Assembly: GCA_031402955.1 (NCBI GenBank)
Contig: JANNSS010000043.1
Span: forward strand, 746 to 64,745
Source: Saprospiraceae bacterium
GTDB lineage: Bacteria; Bacteroidota; Bacteroidia; Chitinophagales; Saprospiraceae
Direction of reading: 5' to 3'
Length of the DNA: 64,000 nt
Shown: positions 43,725 through 52,745 of the stretch, in pieces
Numbering within the stretch: the first letter of the stretch is position 1
Layout: each line of letters opens with the position of its first letter
Notes under the pieces: generated by a model
Databases searched by the model: none
The model's input: only the letters and a program-made list of their open reading frames with translations
Told to the model about the DNA's origin: nothing
Made by a program: the position numbers and the translations under genes

Positions 43725-45626
43725 ATGTTAAAATCCGGAATTATCTTTTGTCTGGCAGCGTCTATCATATTGCTTGGTTTAACCTCGCCCGTGAATCCTC
43801 CTGGTCCACGGGGTGGGCCTGTTCCTTTAAACCAAAAAGTCGCTCATTCATCCCATTGCAGTGGATGTCATGGCTTAGATGAAACAGGAAAGGCGCTTGT
43901 TGACTCAGATGGAAATGATGTCAGTATTTTTGATGACTGGCAGATCAGTATGATGGGATTGTCCGCACGGGACCCTTTCTGGAGGGCTACCATGGCACAT
44001 GAGGTCAACTTATATCCATCCGCGAAACAAGCCATCGAAAGCACCTGTCTAAAATGTCATGCGCCCCTTGGGAGTTTTGAAGCAACCCGTAACAACCAAC
44101 CCTACTCATACGAAATCATGCTTGGGGATAGCCTTGGATTAGATGGAGTATCTTGCAGTGCATGTCATCAACAACCAGCTGCCGGGTTAGGTGCGGGATT
44201 TTCCGGCAACTACACCCTGGATACCAACCGACTGATGTATGGCCATTATCCTAATCCCTTTAAGGGGCCAATGCAAATCTACGTAGGCTTTGAACCAGAA
44301 TTTTCTGACCATATCTATTCGAGCGGAGTATGTGCCAGCTGCCATACGCTGATCACAGAGACACTTCAGCCTGATGGCACACCTTCAGGTGATTTTTTTG
44401 TCGAGCAGGCTACGTATCATGAATGGCTCAATTCAATCTACCCGGCTCAGGGTAAAGAATGTCAGACCTGCCATATGCCGTTCATCAACGATGCGGTCAT
44501 CATTGCGACTGATTTTGCGGCTTTAGAACCAAGAGAACCATACGGGTTGCATCAGTTTTTCGGCGCTAATACTGCCATGCTAGACCTGATGAACGCTAAT
44601 AAAGAAAATCTAAATCTCCCTTCAGGCGAAAGCAGCCACGCCTGGACTGAATCTATAAACAATAACAGGATCAGCCTTTCAAATGCAGCCGTATTCAGTG
44701 TGCCTTCCCTCTATATCGCTGATGACACGTTGTTTTTATCTCTCACCGTAAAAAACAAAACCGGACACAAACTACCTTCCGGGTATCCAAGCAGATTAGC
44801 CTGGATAGAGATCCATCTCAAAGAAAGTACGTCCCAGGACCCATTTTATTCAAACGGTGCATTAGATGCTGAAGGTAACATTGCAGGCAGAGACCATCCT
44901 TTTGAGCCACATCACCAGGTGTCCAGATCCGAGGATGATGTGCAAATTTATGAAATGGTCATGTCTGACCTGGGAGGCCATCTCACGACTCGTCTGAACG
45001 CAGCCTTTAAGCCTTTAAAGGACAACAGGCTGCTACCAACAGGATTTAGGGTGGACCATGCAGTGTTTGATACGGTTGCTACCTGGGGCAATGTTAACGA
45101 GGATCCTGATTTCACTACCGAAAGCAATAACGGATTGGATAGAATTGAATACAGAATTCCGTTGAGTGGAAAAACAGGATTAGCAGATCTTTCCGTTTCA
45201 CTTCGGTATCAGACCTTACCGGCCCGATGGATGGCTGATTTGTTTAGTAACGACACAGTTGAGCAAGTTGCTCAGTTCAAATCTATGTATCAGGGCTATG
45301 AAGGTTTCAATGAAGTGATCAATCAAATTACAATTGACAGTATTGATCTTTCAACCACCGCGGTCAGTCCGATTGAATCCATTTCCATCTTCACACTCTC
45401 CCCAAACCCGGTGACCAACAGAAAAATTCACATAAGCCTTTCAGCGCTTTACGATTCAAGAAATAGCCTGCATTATCGGATCATCGATCTGAATGGAATG
45501 CTTATCCAGGAAGGCTCAATGGATGAAAACATTGAACTGAATATGAGGATTACAGCAGCAGTCTACTACTTCGCGCTATTTGATCAAAACCGCCAGGTGT
45601 GTATAAAACCTTTTGTGATCCTATAA
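43725..45626 (+). CDS. Secreted pentaheme c-type cytochrome with a T9SS C-terminal sorting domain
   Basis: 633 aa with a signal peptide. Five CxxCH motifs are present (CSGCH, CLKCH, CSACH, CASCH, CQTCH), along with GHKLPSGYPSR. The tail LSPNPVTNRKIHISL...YRIIDLNGMLIQEG...VYYFALFD...IKPFVIL matches a T9SS sorting domain. Confidence 0.75.
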   Translation: MLKSGIIFCLAASIILLGLTSPVNPPGPRGGPVPLNQKVAHSSHCSGCHGLDETGKALVDSDGNDVSIFDDWQISMMGLSARDPFWRATMAHEVNLYPSAKQAIESTCLKCHAPLGSFEATRNNQPYSYEIMLGDSLGLDGVSCSACHQQPAAGLGAGFSGNYTLDTNRLMYGHYPNPFKGPMQIYVGFEPEFSDHIYSSGVCASCHTLITETLQPDGTPSGDFFVEQATYHEWLNSIYPAQGKECQTCHMPFINDAVIIATDFAALEPREPYGLHQFFGANTAMLDLMNANKENLNLPSGESSHAWTESINNNRISLSNAAVFSVPSLYIADDTLFLSLTVKNKTGHKLPSGYPSRLAWIEIHLKESTSQDPFYSNGALDAEGNIAGRDHPFEPHHQVSRSEDDVQIYEMVMSDLGGHLTTRLNAAFKPLKDNRLLPTGFRVDHAVFDTVATWGNVNEDPDFTTESNNGLDRIEYRIPLSGKTGLADLSVSLRYQTLPARWMADLFSNDTVEQVAQFKSMYQGYEGFNEVINQITIDSIDLSTTAVSPIESISIFTLSPNPVTNRKIHISLSALYDSRNSLHYRIIDLNGMLIQEGSMDENIELNMRITAAVYYFALFDQNRQVCIKPFVIL

Positions 45627-48458
45627 GCGGATAATTTTTTGAGTATACTTTTGCCCATTGTTATTTATGCTGATCAGATAAACTCCGGGAGGATATGCTG
45701 ACAGATCAATTTGTATCGCATTGTTTTCAGGAGCGATATCATGCTGAACCAGAACACGCACACCATCCATCCGTAAAATTTCTACATCACAGGATCCTTC
45801 TGTTTTCATCTTTAATTGAATGAGCCCATCTGTTGGATTAGGGGTAACTATGAATACCTGCTCTTTATCAGTTGGTTGGTTCGTTGCTGTACCCAGATCG
45901 ATAACTGCAGTAGCCGGAACAAAGTCAGTAAAACATTCTTTATCCAATGTTGAAATTTTCCAGTCGTAGAAATAATAGTAGAAATCTTCTCCGAATGTAG
46001 AATTGTAGATAGACACGACACTCTGGATTTCATATGGATAAACCACATTCTCCGATGACCTCCATAGGTATGGACTATTTGTCCCAAAATTCTGATTATT
46101 GATATCTGTGTTTGTAGTCATTGTATAACTACCCACCTGAAGCTCTATCTCCAGGTCAATCACTGTCAACCCTGGTTGGAGATCCAACTGGTACTCAAAA
46201 AAGAAATTCAGTCCGTTATTGATATCGATGCTCCTTGTGCCTGCTGAATCTGTAAACACTGTAATCTGATGAAGGATGATTGGCTCCAGAACATCAAACA
46301 ACTGGCCTCCATTGACAAAGGCGGCGTTATACTTCGTTAAGCCTTCGTGCTGTGCCGGCCCTAACTGGAAATCCCCTCCTTCAATGAGTGCGGCATTACG
46401 GGCATAGATAGTCACGGTATCTGTAAGATTGTCGAGTTGAATACTATTTCCACTACCTATTTGGAGATTACCAAATGGATCAGAAAACCAATTAACATGA
46501 TCTCCGGTGGAGGCTAGCACAGCTGATTCCCCCGGCAAGAAAGTATCATTTGTTGTCACGGGTGGCTCAGGAATAAGGAATTCAAGTTGGACGGTATCTG
46601 ATTCCTGTAACTTACAATAACCTTCAACTTGGGCAAAATACTCACCGGTTGTTGTTGCATTAATAGTCTGTGTAGTTTCTCCTGTTGACCACGCGTATGA
46701 AAAAGCTGAGGGCAGGCTAAGGAGCACAGACTCTCCATCACATAATTGAGGATCAGAAATGTACGTAATCGATGGTCGTATCGTGTCAGGATCCAATCCA
46801 ACTTCAAGTGGGGATGTACGTAAAATGCATCCATCCAACCCAGTAAGCGTTGCAAAATAGAGCCCCTCCTCTCTGATAATAATAGAATCAGCAGATGTAC
46901 CATCACTCCATTCTATAAGAGATAACGCTGAATCCATGTGAATGATGATGGAGTCATCTTCGCAGAGTACAACTAAAGGCTCCAGGATGTCCAGTGGTTG
47001 TTTCCAACATCCGCCTCTTGTGAGGGACCAGGTTTTGTCGGTTTCGAGCTGGTTGTATTGCTCTCTTGTGCCATCAGGCCATCTTATGATCAGACTGTCA
47101 TAAGTGGTTTGATCGCCAAGGCCAAAAATAATACTATGTCCACTAGACACGCCATACTGCTCCCCTCCGCGTACTTCCCTGACCTGAATACCCCATGATC
47201 CATAGAGACTAGCCGTTGCCCCGATGGCAGAAGGATTACCTGCAGTATCCTTGAGGTTCATCCCCAGGTAATGGTTATCATTTTTATCGTTCAGAAACAA
47301 GATATCCTCACGTAACGCATCGGGATTGTTGAAAGGAATAACTCTCGATGCGTATACATCGGTAAATCCATCCCTGTTGAGGTCCCCTAATGCGAAGGTT
47401 CCAAAAACCACATTGCTAAAAGGATTCGTTTTTGTAAACGTCTTATCCCCGTTATTATGATAATAATCCAGGCGGTCACCACTCACGAGAATATCCTGGA
47501 ACCCGTCATTATCAAAATCTCTCAGCAAACCTTGCAACGGTACGCCCCCAATGTTCAGACCAGTGGTTGAGGTGATATTGATAAATGTATCGTTGTTGAT
47601 ATTTTCATACAATTCGCTGATGACATCGTGCTGCGTTTTAAACAGATCCATGTCGCCGTCATTATCAATGTCCCCAAAATCCGCGGTCCAGGTCTGACGT
47701 CCGTCAGCCAGACCATAATTGGCGGCATCTTCAGTGTAATTTCCTGAACCGTCATTGACAAAAAGCACATCAATCCTTCTTGGATCTAAAGGACTGTTGA
47801 CCCCCTGGCGGCATTTAGCGATATAAAAGTCGCTGTCCCCGTCCATGTCAAAGTCTGTATACACTGAACCATAGTTCCCCGAATTGTCGGATGGAGGTAC
47901 AGTTACAAAATTAAACAGGTCCTGCTCTACAAGCGTGCCGGTCCCGTCGTTCATCAATGTATAATTCAATCCATTGTCATTGAGCATCACCACATCAACC
48001 CAGCCATCGTGATTAAAATCCCCGGCTGAAGCGCCCTGCGAAAAGAAGGGTGTCACTACGATATGTGTCAGTGTGAAGGAATAAGTATAAGGATTACTGT
48101 ACAGCACCTTGACTCTGTCATAAGACCCTACTGCCAGGATATCATTGGCCCCGTCATTGTTGAAATCCGCAATACAGATATCATTTTGCTCAGCGTTATC
48201 GATGGTCACCGGCACCTCATACCGCACAAATGGCCGGGAAGGTTCCGGGGTCTGGTATTGAATAAAAAGCCGCGACCCGAAATTGAGCGTGACAATATCA
48301 TCCAGCCCATCGCCATTCATGTCTGCTATACCTACGGGAACGGCACTGTGCTGATCTTTTTCTGCTAGCAAATCATTTCGATTTGCAAACTGAGCCTGGC
48401 CAGACAAAGTGGTCACAGCAAAGGAAAGAAGCAGGATTGGTAAAAAACGTGCCTTCAT
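45621..48458 (-). CDS. FG-GAP/VCBS repeat plus ASPIC/UnbV (CRTAC1-like) protein with a T9SS C-terminal sorting domain
   Basis: 945 aa. It has repeated DxNxDGxxD loops (DFNNDGANDIL, DFNHDGWVDVV, DIDNDGDMDLF and others), the UnbV-like segment GGEQYGVSSGHSIIFGLG...IIRWPDGT, and the tail TPNPTDGLIQLKM...GVYLISINNNGQKYTQKIIRL. Confidence 0.8.
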   Translation of the reverse strand: MKARFLPILLLSFAVTTLSGQAQFANRNDLLAEKDQHSAVPVGIADMNGDGLDDIVTLNFGSRLFIQYQTPEPSRPFVRYEVPVTIDNAEQNDICIADFNNDGANDILAVGSYDRVKVLYSNPYTYSFTLTHIVVTPFFSQGASAGDFNHDGWVDVVMLNDNGLNYTLMNDGTGTLVEQDLFNFVTVPPSDNSGNYGSVYTDFDMDGDSDFYIAKCRQGVNSPLDPRRIDVLFVNDGSGNYTEDAANYGLADGRQTWTADFGDIDNDGDMDLFKTQHDVISELYENINNDTFINITSTTGLNIGGVPLQGLLRDFDNDGFQDILVSGDRLDYYHNNGDKTFTKTNPFSNVVFGTFALGDLNRDGFTDVYASRVIPFNNPDALREDILFLNDKNDNHYLGMNLKDTAGNPSAIGATASLYGSWGIQVREVRGGEQYGVSSGHSIIFGLGDQTTYDSLIIRWPDGTREQYNQLETDKTWSLTRGGCWKQPLDILEPLVVLCEDDSIIIHMDSALSLIEWSDGTSADSIIIREEGLYFATLTGLDGCILRTSPLEVGLDPDTIRPSITYISDPQLCDGESVLLSLPSAFSYAWSTGETTQTINATTTGEYFAQVEGYCKLQESDTVQLEFLIPEPPVTTNDTFLPGESAVLASTGDHVNWFSDPFGNLQIGSGNSIQLDNLTDTVTIYARNAALIEGGDFQLGPAQHEGLTKYNAAFVNGGQLFDVLEPIILHQITVFTDSAGTRSIDINNGLNFFFEYQLDLQPGLTVIDLEIELQVGSYTMTTNTDINNQNFGTNSPYLWRSSENVVYPYEIQSVVSIYNSTFGEDFYYYFYDWKISTLDKECFTDFVPATAVIDLGTATNQPTDKEQVFIVTPNPTDGLIQLKMKTEGSCDVEILRMDGVRVLVQHDIAPENNAIQIDLSAYPPGVYLISINNNGQKYTQKIIRL

Positions 48459-48639
48459 AAGGGTCTGATTTATGGTATTGAATACCAGACAAATGTAACA
48501 ATCCCAATTAAATCGGTCATTTCAAATTATGTCGTTCAACCGACACCTCTGGATCCTGATCAACTGGCAGGCTTTCCAGATAACCAGAATATGACCTCCA
48601 TACCCTGAATGTGACAAACAAATATTTACTTTGCCCCTG

Positions 48640-49458
48640 ATGAGCAGAAGTTATACAGCAACACAATATCTGTCTCACTTTTTCAGATCTAAACGATGGG
48701 ATTCTTTTCATTCTCCCTTCCTTTTCAGTTTATTCACTTATTGCAGCGATGACCGGATTTCACATCCATTTTTTGGAAGCATCGAGCGGAAACGGAGGGA
48801 ATTGCTTCACTCCAAAGAAGTCATTGAGAAGCATGATTTTGGCGCAGGCACTTCCTATCATCAGATTAAAAATAAGGACTCTATCTCCAGGATCGCCAGG
48901 TATGCCGTGAGTCTACCTTTTCAATGCAGATTTTTGTATCGACTTGGTGTCTTTACAAAATCCAGAGAAATTGTTGAGCTTGGTACTTCACTTGGCATAT
49001 CCTCCGCTTATCTTGGAATAGCTAATTCAAATTCAAGAGTTGATACTGTAGAAGGCGATCCTGAAATTGCGAAAGTGGCTCGCAAGGTCTTTGACGAGTT
49101 AAGGATAGATAATATTCATCTTCACAACACATCATTTGACATTTTTATAGCAAATGGGTTGCCTGGTGATAAGCGAATCGATCTTCTATTCCTGGACGGT
49201 CATCATACCTCAGTTGCCTTGTGGAAATACTACCATGCTATGAAGCCATACATGTCTGATCAAACAATCATTATCGTTGATGATATATACTGGTCGGCCG
49301 ACATGACAGATGGTTGGAAAAAACTAATTGCATTGCCTGAAGTAACGCAGAGTGTGGATTGCTTTCACTTCGGTTTACTTTTTTTTAAACCTGATTTCCT
49401 CAACCGCGAAAATCATTGCATCCGTCTTCCATTGCTGGGTTTGCTTACAGGAGGTTGA
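48640..49458 (+). CDS. Class I SAM-dependent (O-)methyltransferase
   Basis: It has motif I VELGTSLGISSAYLG and the sequence DLLFLDGHH. The start is ATG at 48640. Confidence 0.65.
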   Translation: MSRSYTATQYLSHFFRSKRWDSFHSPFLFSLFTYCSDDRISHPFFGSIERKRRELLHSKEVIEKHDFGAGTSYHQIKNKDSISRIARYAVSLPFQCRFLYRLGVFTKSREIVELGTSLGISSAYLGIANSNSRVDTVEGDPEIAKVARKVFDELRIDNIHLHNTSFDIFIANGLPGDKRIDLLFLDGHHTSVALWKYYHAMKPYMSDQTIIIVDDIYWSADMTDGWKKLIALPEVTQSVDCFHFGLLFFKPDFLNRENHCIRLPLLGLLTGG

Positions 49459-49464
49459 AAAGGA

Positions 49465-50016
49465 CTAACCTTCGGTTACCGGTGGGTTTATAGCTGTCAG
49501 GCTTTGCACATTAAAGCCAATTTTGGCTGTGGCCTGATCATCATCATCGAAATCTTCCCATTGCGTAATCTCTTTGATAAATTCCTCCATGTGCCGAAGT
49601 AAAAAAGGTGATTTAATTTCTTCCGGCCTGTAAATGGAAATGACCTTTGGCGGGCGCGGCTCGCCAAAGCCTTCGATGAATGGATAGACAATCATCACTT
49701 GCACTTTGCCATTATACAATTGCTGGTAAACCAGTGAACCATTGGTCTTGATCAATGGCTTATGCAATTTATCATTAATCACCTCGGCAATACCGCTTTC
49801 TTCCGTACCCAGAGAGAGGATGATATACTCCAGATGTCTGACCTTATCCGTAGCCTCGATGGTGCCTTGCAGACCTGACACTTTTACCATGGCTTCTAAT
49901 TCGCTGATAATCAAATTTTTAAGATCCAAAGTCCATCGTTCGCGATACGTTTTGGTATTGTTGAGGACACTTTGGTACCGTTGTACTTTGCTGATCAAGC
50001 CATTAAACTCATCCAT
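49465..50016 (-). CDS. Hypothetical protein
   Basis: 183-aa ORF with an acidic C-terminus (WEDFDDDDQ). I could not recognise a family. Confidence 0.4.
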   Translation of the reverse strand: MDEFNGLISKVQRYQSVLNNTKTYRERWTLDLKNLIISELEAMVKVSGLQGTIEATDKVRHLEYIILSLGTEESGIAEVINDKLHKPLIKTNGSLVYQQLYNGKVQVMIVYPFIEGFGEPRPPKVISIYRPEEIKSPFLLRHMEEFIKEITQWEDFDDDDQATAKIGFNVQSLTAINPPVTEG

Positions 50017-50119
50017 TTGCTTTCCAATTTGGCGTTAAATATAAACCCTCTTGACAGGAATCCATCTGGATCATCTGCCTTTCCGATTTCCAATTGCTTT
50101 TGTAACACCATTCAATCTC

Positions 50120-50127
50120 TATCTTTG
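50120..50127 (+). promoter_or_regulatory. -7 box TATCTTTG for the fused E1 gene
   Basis: Matches TAnnTTTG and ends 10 nt before ATG 50137, implying a very short leader or none. Confidence 0.5.
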
Positions 50128-50136
50128 GCATCCGTC

Positions 50137-52227
50137 ATGGCAAAGGAAAAAAACAAGAAAAAAGATAAAGTAAGGACCGTCAGCTGGTCTGAGATACTGG
50201 AGAAGGCCTTTGGTCATATGGCTACAGCAAAGGCAATGACTGATCTATTTGAGGCTAATTTCAAAGAAGTGTCAAAGTATGTGCACGCTACATCGAGAGG
50301 TCATGAATCCATCCAGATTGCCCTGGGGATGCAATTGACCCCTGATGACTGGTTGTCAGCATATTACAGAGATGACGCGATGATGCTTTCCATTGGAATA
50401 CAACCATACGAACTAATGCTTCAGCTTCTGGCAAAGAAGGATGATCCCTTTTCCGGAGGAAGAGCGTATTACTGTCATCCAAGTCTTAAGGATGACGATA
50501 AACCAAAAATCCCACATCAGTCTTCTGCCACCGGCATGCAGGCGATTCCCACGACAGGAATAGCTATGGGAATAGCCTACCAGGAACATCGCAAACTAGG
50601 TCACTGGAAAAAACCACCTGTTGTAGTTTGCTCACTGGGTGATGCCTCCGTGACGGAGGGTGAAGTTGCGGAAGCCTTTCAAATGGCTGCCTTGAAAAAA
50701 CTACCTATCCTCTATCTGATACAAGATAATGAATGGGATATTTCTGCCAATGCTAAAGAAACGAGGGCAATGAATGCTGCTGAATATGCTATGGGCTTTA
50801 AAGGCATTGAGACCCGGAGCATAGACGGGACGGATTTCAAACTCTGCTATGACACATTACATGAAGTAATCGGTCTTATCCGAAAAGAACGCAGACCATT
50901 TCTGGTGCATGCTAAAGTTCCATTGCTCAACCATCATACTTCAGGTGTGCGCATGGAATGGTACCGGGATGATCTTGAAGAAGACAGGCAGCAGGATCCT
51001 TATCCCAAACTGATCAGCACTATGCTATCCGAAGGATGGTCCGCTTTGCAACTCAAACGAATAGAAACCAAGGCGATTGAAACTGTTGCAGCAGACTTTG
51101 AAAAAGCGCGAAATGCAGCCGACCCGGTACCTGCGGACCTCTACACACATGCCTTTGCCCCAACTCCAATAACAACTGAAGTCGGTATCAGACAACCCGA
51201 AGGTGCAGAAGTAAAAGTAATGGTAGATAGTGCCCTGATCGCCATTGAAGAACTCATGCGTAAGCATCCTGAATGTCTTCTGTATGGCCAGGATGTTGGT
51301 AGTCGTCTCGGAGGTGTGTTCCGGGAAGCCGCTACGCTTGCACAAAAATTTGGCGACGATCGTGTATTCAATACACCTATTCAGGAAGCTTTTATTGTCG
51401 GATCAACCGTAGGAATGTCTGCGGTTGGTTTAAAACCAATTGTGGAAGTGCAATTTGCAGATTACATATGGCCTGGATTGAATCAACTATTTACCGAAGT
51501 CAGCCGATCATGTTATTTGTCAAATGGTAAATGGCCTGTGAGTATGATCCTGCGCGTCCCGATTGGAGCTTATGGTAGCGGCGGGCCTTATCATTCCTCA
51601 AGTGTTGAAACAGTTGTCTGCAACATCAAAGGATTGAAAGTGGTCTATCCAAGCAACGGAGCAGATTTGAAAGGATTGATGAAGGCTGCATATTATGATC
51701 CTAATCCCGTTGTGATTTTCGAACATAAGGGGCTTTACTGGAGTAAAGTGGCTAATACAGAAACGGCTAAATGTCCATTGCCTGATGAAGCTTATTTGGT
51801 TCCATTGGGTGTAGGACGCATTGTCATAGAAGCAAATCAGGAAAAGATTGCCCAGGGAGAGGCGCTTTGCATTGTTACCTATGGGATGGGGGTGCATTGG
51901 GCGCTGAAAGCTGCCAACGAATTTGAAGGGCGAATCACTATCCTGGATCTGAGAAGTCTCGTACCATTGGATGAACAATTAATCTACAAAACGGTCAGGG
52001 AACATGGCCGTTGTCTTGTTGTCACTGAAGATACCGTTTCCAATTCATTTGCCCAGACGATCGCGGCACGTATTCAGGAGCATTGCTGGACTTCGCTTGA
52101 CGCACCTGTGATAACAATTGGGTCGACAGATATGCCTGCTGTCCCTTTGAATGTAGTATTGGAAAAAGAGATGATCCTCTCCGTTGGTAAAGTGATCGAA
52201 TCGATGAGGGCTATTTTGGAATACTAA
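50137..52227 (+). CDS. Fused alpha/beta E1 component of a 2-oxoacid (branched-chain type) dehydrogenase
   Basis: 696 aa from MAKEKNKKKDK. The TPP-binding alpha part (GDASVTEGEVAEAF...QDNEWDIS) is followed by a beta part (FNTPIQEAFIVGSTVGMS...). A TATCTTTG box lies 10 nt upstream of the ATG. Confidence 0.85.
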   Translation: MAKEKNKKKDKVRTVSWSEILEKAFGHMATAKAMTDLFEANFKEVSKYVHATSRGHESIQIALGMQLTPDDWLSAYYRDDAMMLSIGIQPYELMLQLLAKKDDPFSGGRAYYCHPSLKDDDKPKIPHQSSATGMQAIPTTGIAMGIAYQEHRKLGHWKKPPVVVCSLGDASVTEGEVAEAFQMAALKKLPILYLIQDNEWDISANAKETRAMNAAEYAMGFKGIETRSIDGTDFKLCYDTLHEVIGLIRKERRPFLVHAKVPLLNHHTSGVRMEWYRDDLEEDRQQDPYPKLISTMLSEGWSALQLKRIETKAIETVAADFEKARNAADPVPADLYTHAFAPTPITTEVGIRQPEGAEVKVMVDSALIAIEELMRKHPECLLYGQDVGSRLGGVFREAATLAQKFGDDRVFNTPIQEAFIVGSTVGMSAVGLKPIVEVQFADYIWPGLNQLFTEVSRSCYLSNGKWPVSMILRVPIGAYGSGGPYHSSSVETVVCNIKGLKVVYPSNGADLKGLMKAAYYDPNPVVIFEHKGLYWSKVANTETAKCPLPDEAYLVPLGVGRIVIEANQEKIAQGEALCIVTYGMGVHWALKAANEFEGRITILDLRSLVPLDEQLIYKTVREHGRCLVVTEDTVSNSFAQTIAARIQEHCWTSLDAPVITIGSTDMPAVPLNVVLEKEMILSVGKVIESMRAILEY

Positions 52228-52250
52228 TTGAAAAATTAGTGATTGTCATC

Positions 52251-52580
52251 TTAGACTGAAAAACTTTCTCCACATGCACATGTACGTGATGCATTGGGAT
52301 TGCTGAAGTAGAATCCTTTCCCTTCAAGTCCTCCTGAAAATTCAAGAATCGTATTATGTACATAAAGGAAACTGCGGAGGTCAGTGACCATACGGACGCC
52401 TTTATCCTCAAATACCTGGTCACTTGGCTTGAGGTCGTTGTCAAAATCAAGCTTGTAGGAAAGGCCTGAACAACCACCACTGGTGACACTCACGCGCACA
52501 AAATAATCGGTCAGTGATTTGTTCTCACTGCCCAGGACTTCGAGAATCCTTTCTTTCGCACTATCAGCAACAAACAACAC
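52251..52580 (-). CDS. iscA: Iron-sulfur cluster insertion protein (HesB/IscA/ErpA family)
   Basis: 109 aa with GGCSGLSY and the C-terminal motif CACGESF. The start is GTG. Confidence 0.85.
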   Translation of the reverse strand: MLFVADSAKERILEVLGSENKSLTDYFVRVSVTSGGCSGLSYKLDFDNDLKPSDQVFEDKGVRMVTDLRSFLYVHNTILEFSGGLEGKGFYFSNPNASRTCACGESFSV

Positions 52581-52745
52581 TATAATTTCATGATTTAATG
52601 ATTAATTAAAATCCTTAAAAAGTATGATTTAATGATTACGATTCTACCCTCTTTAAATGATTCGATGAACCGAAATCATATCTTGCTCCAAGGAATTGCA
52701 AAGATAACAACATCCCGCGTGGAATAGTTTACTATACTTTCCCTT

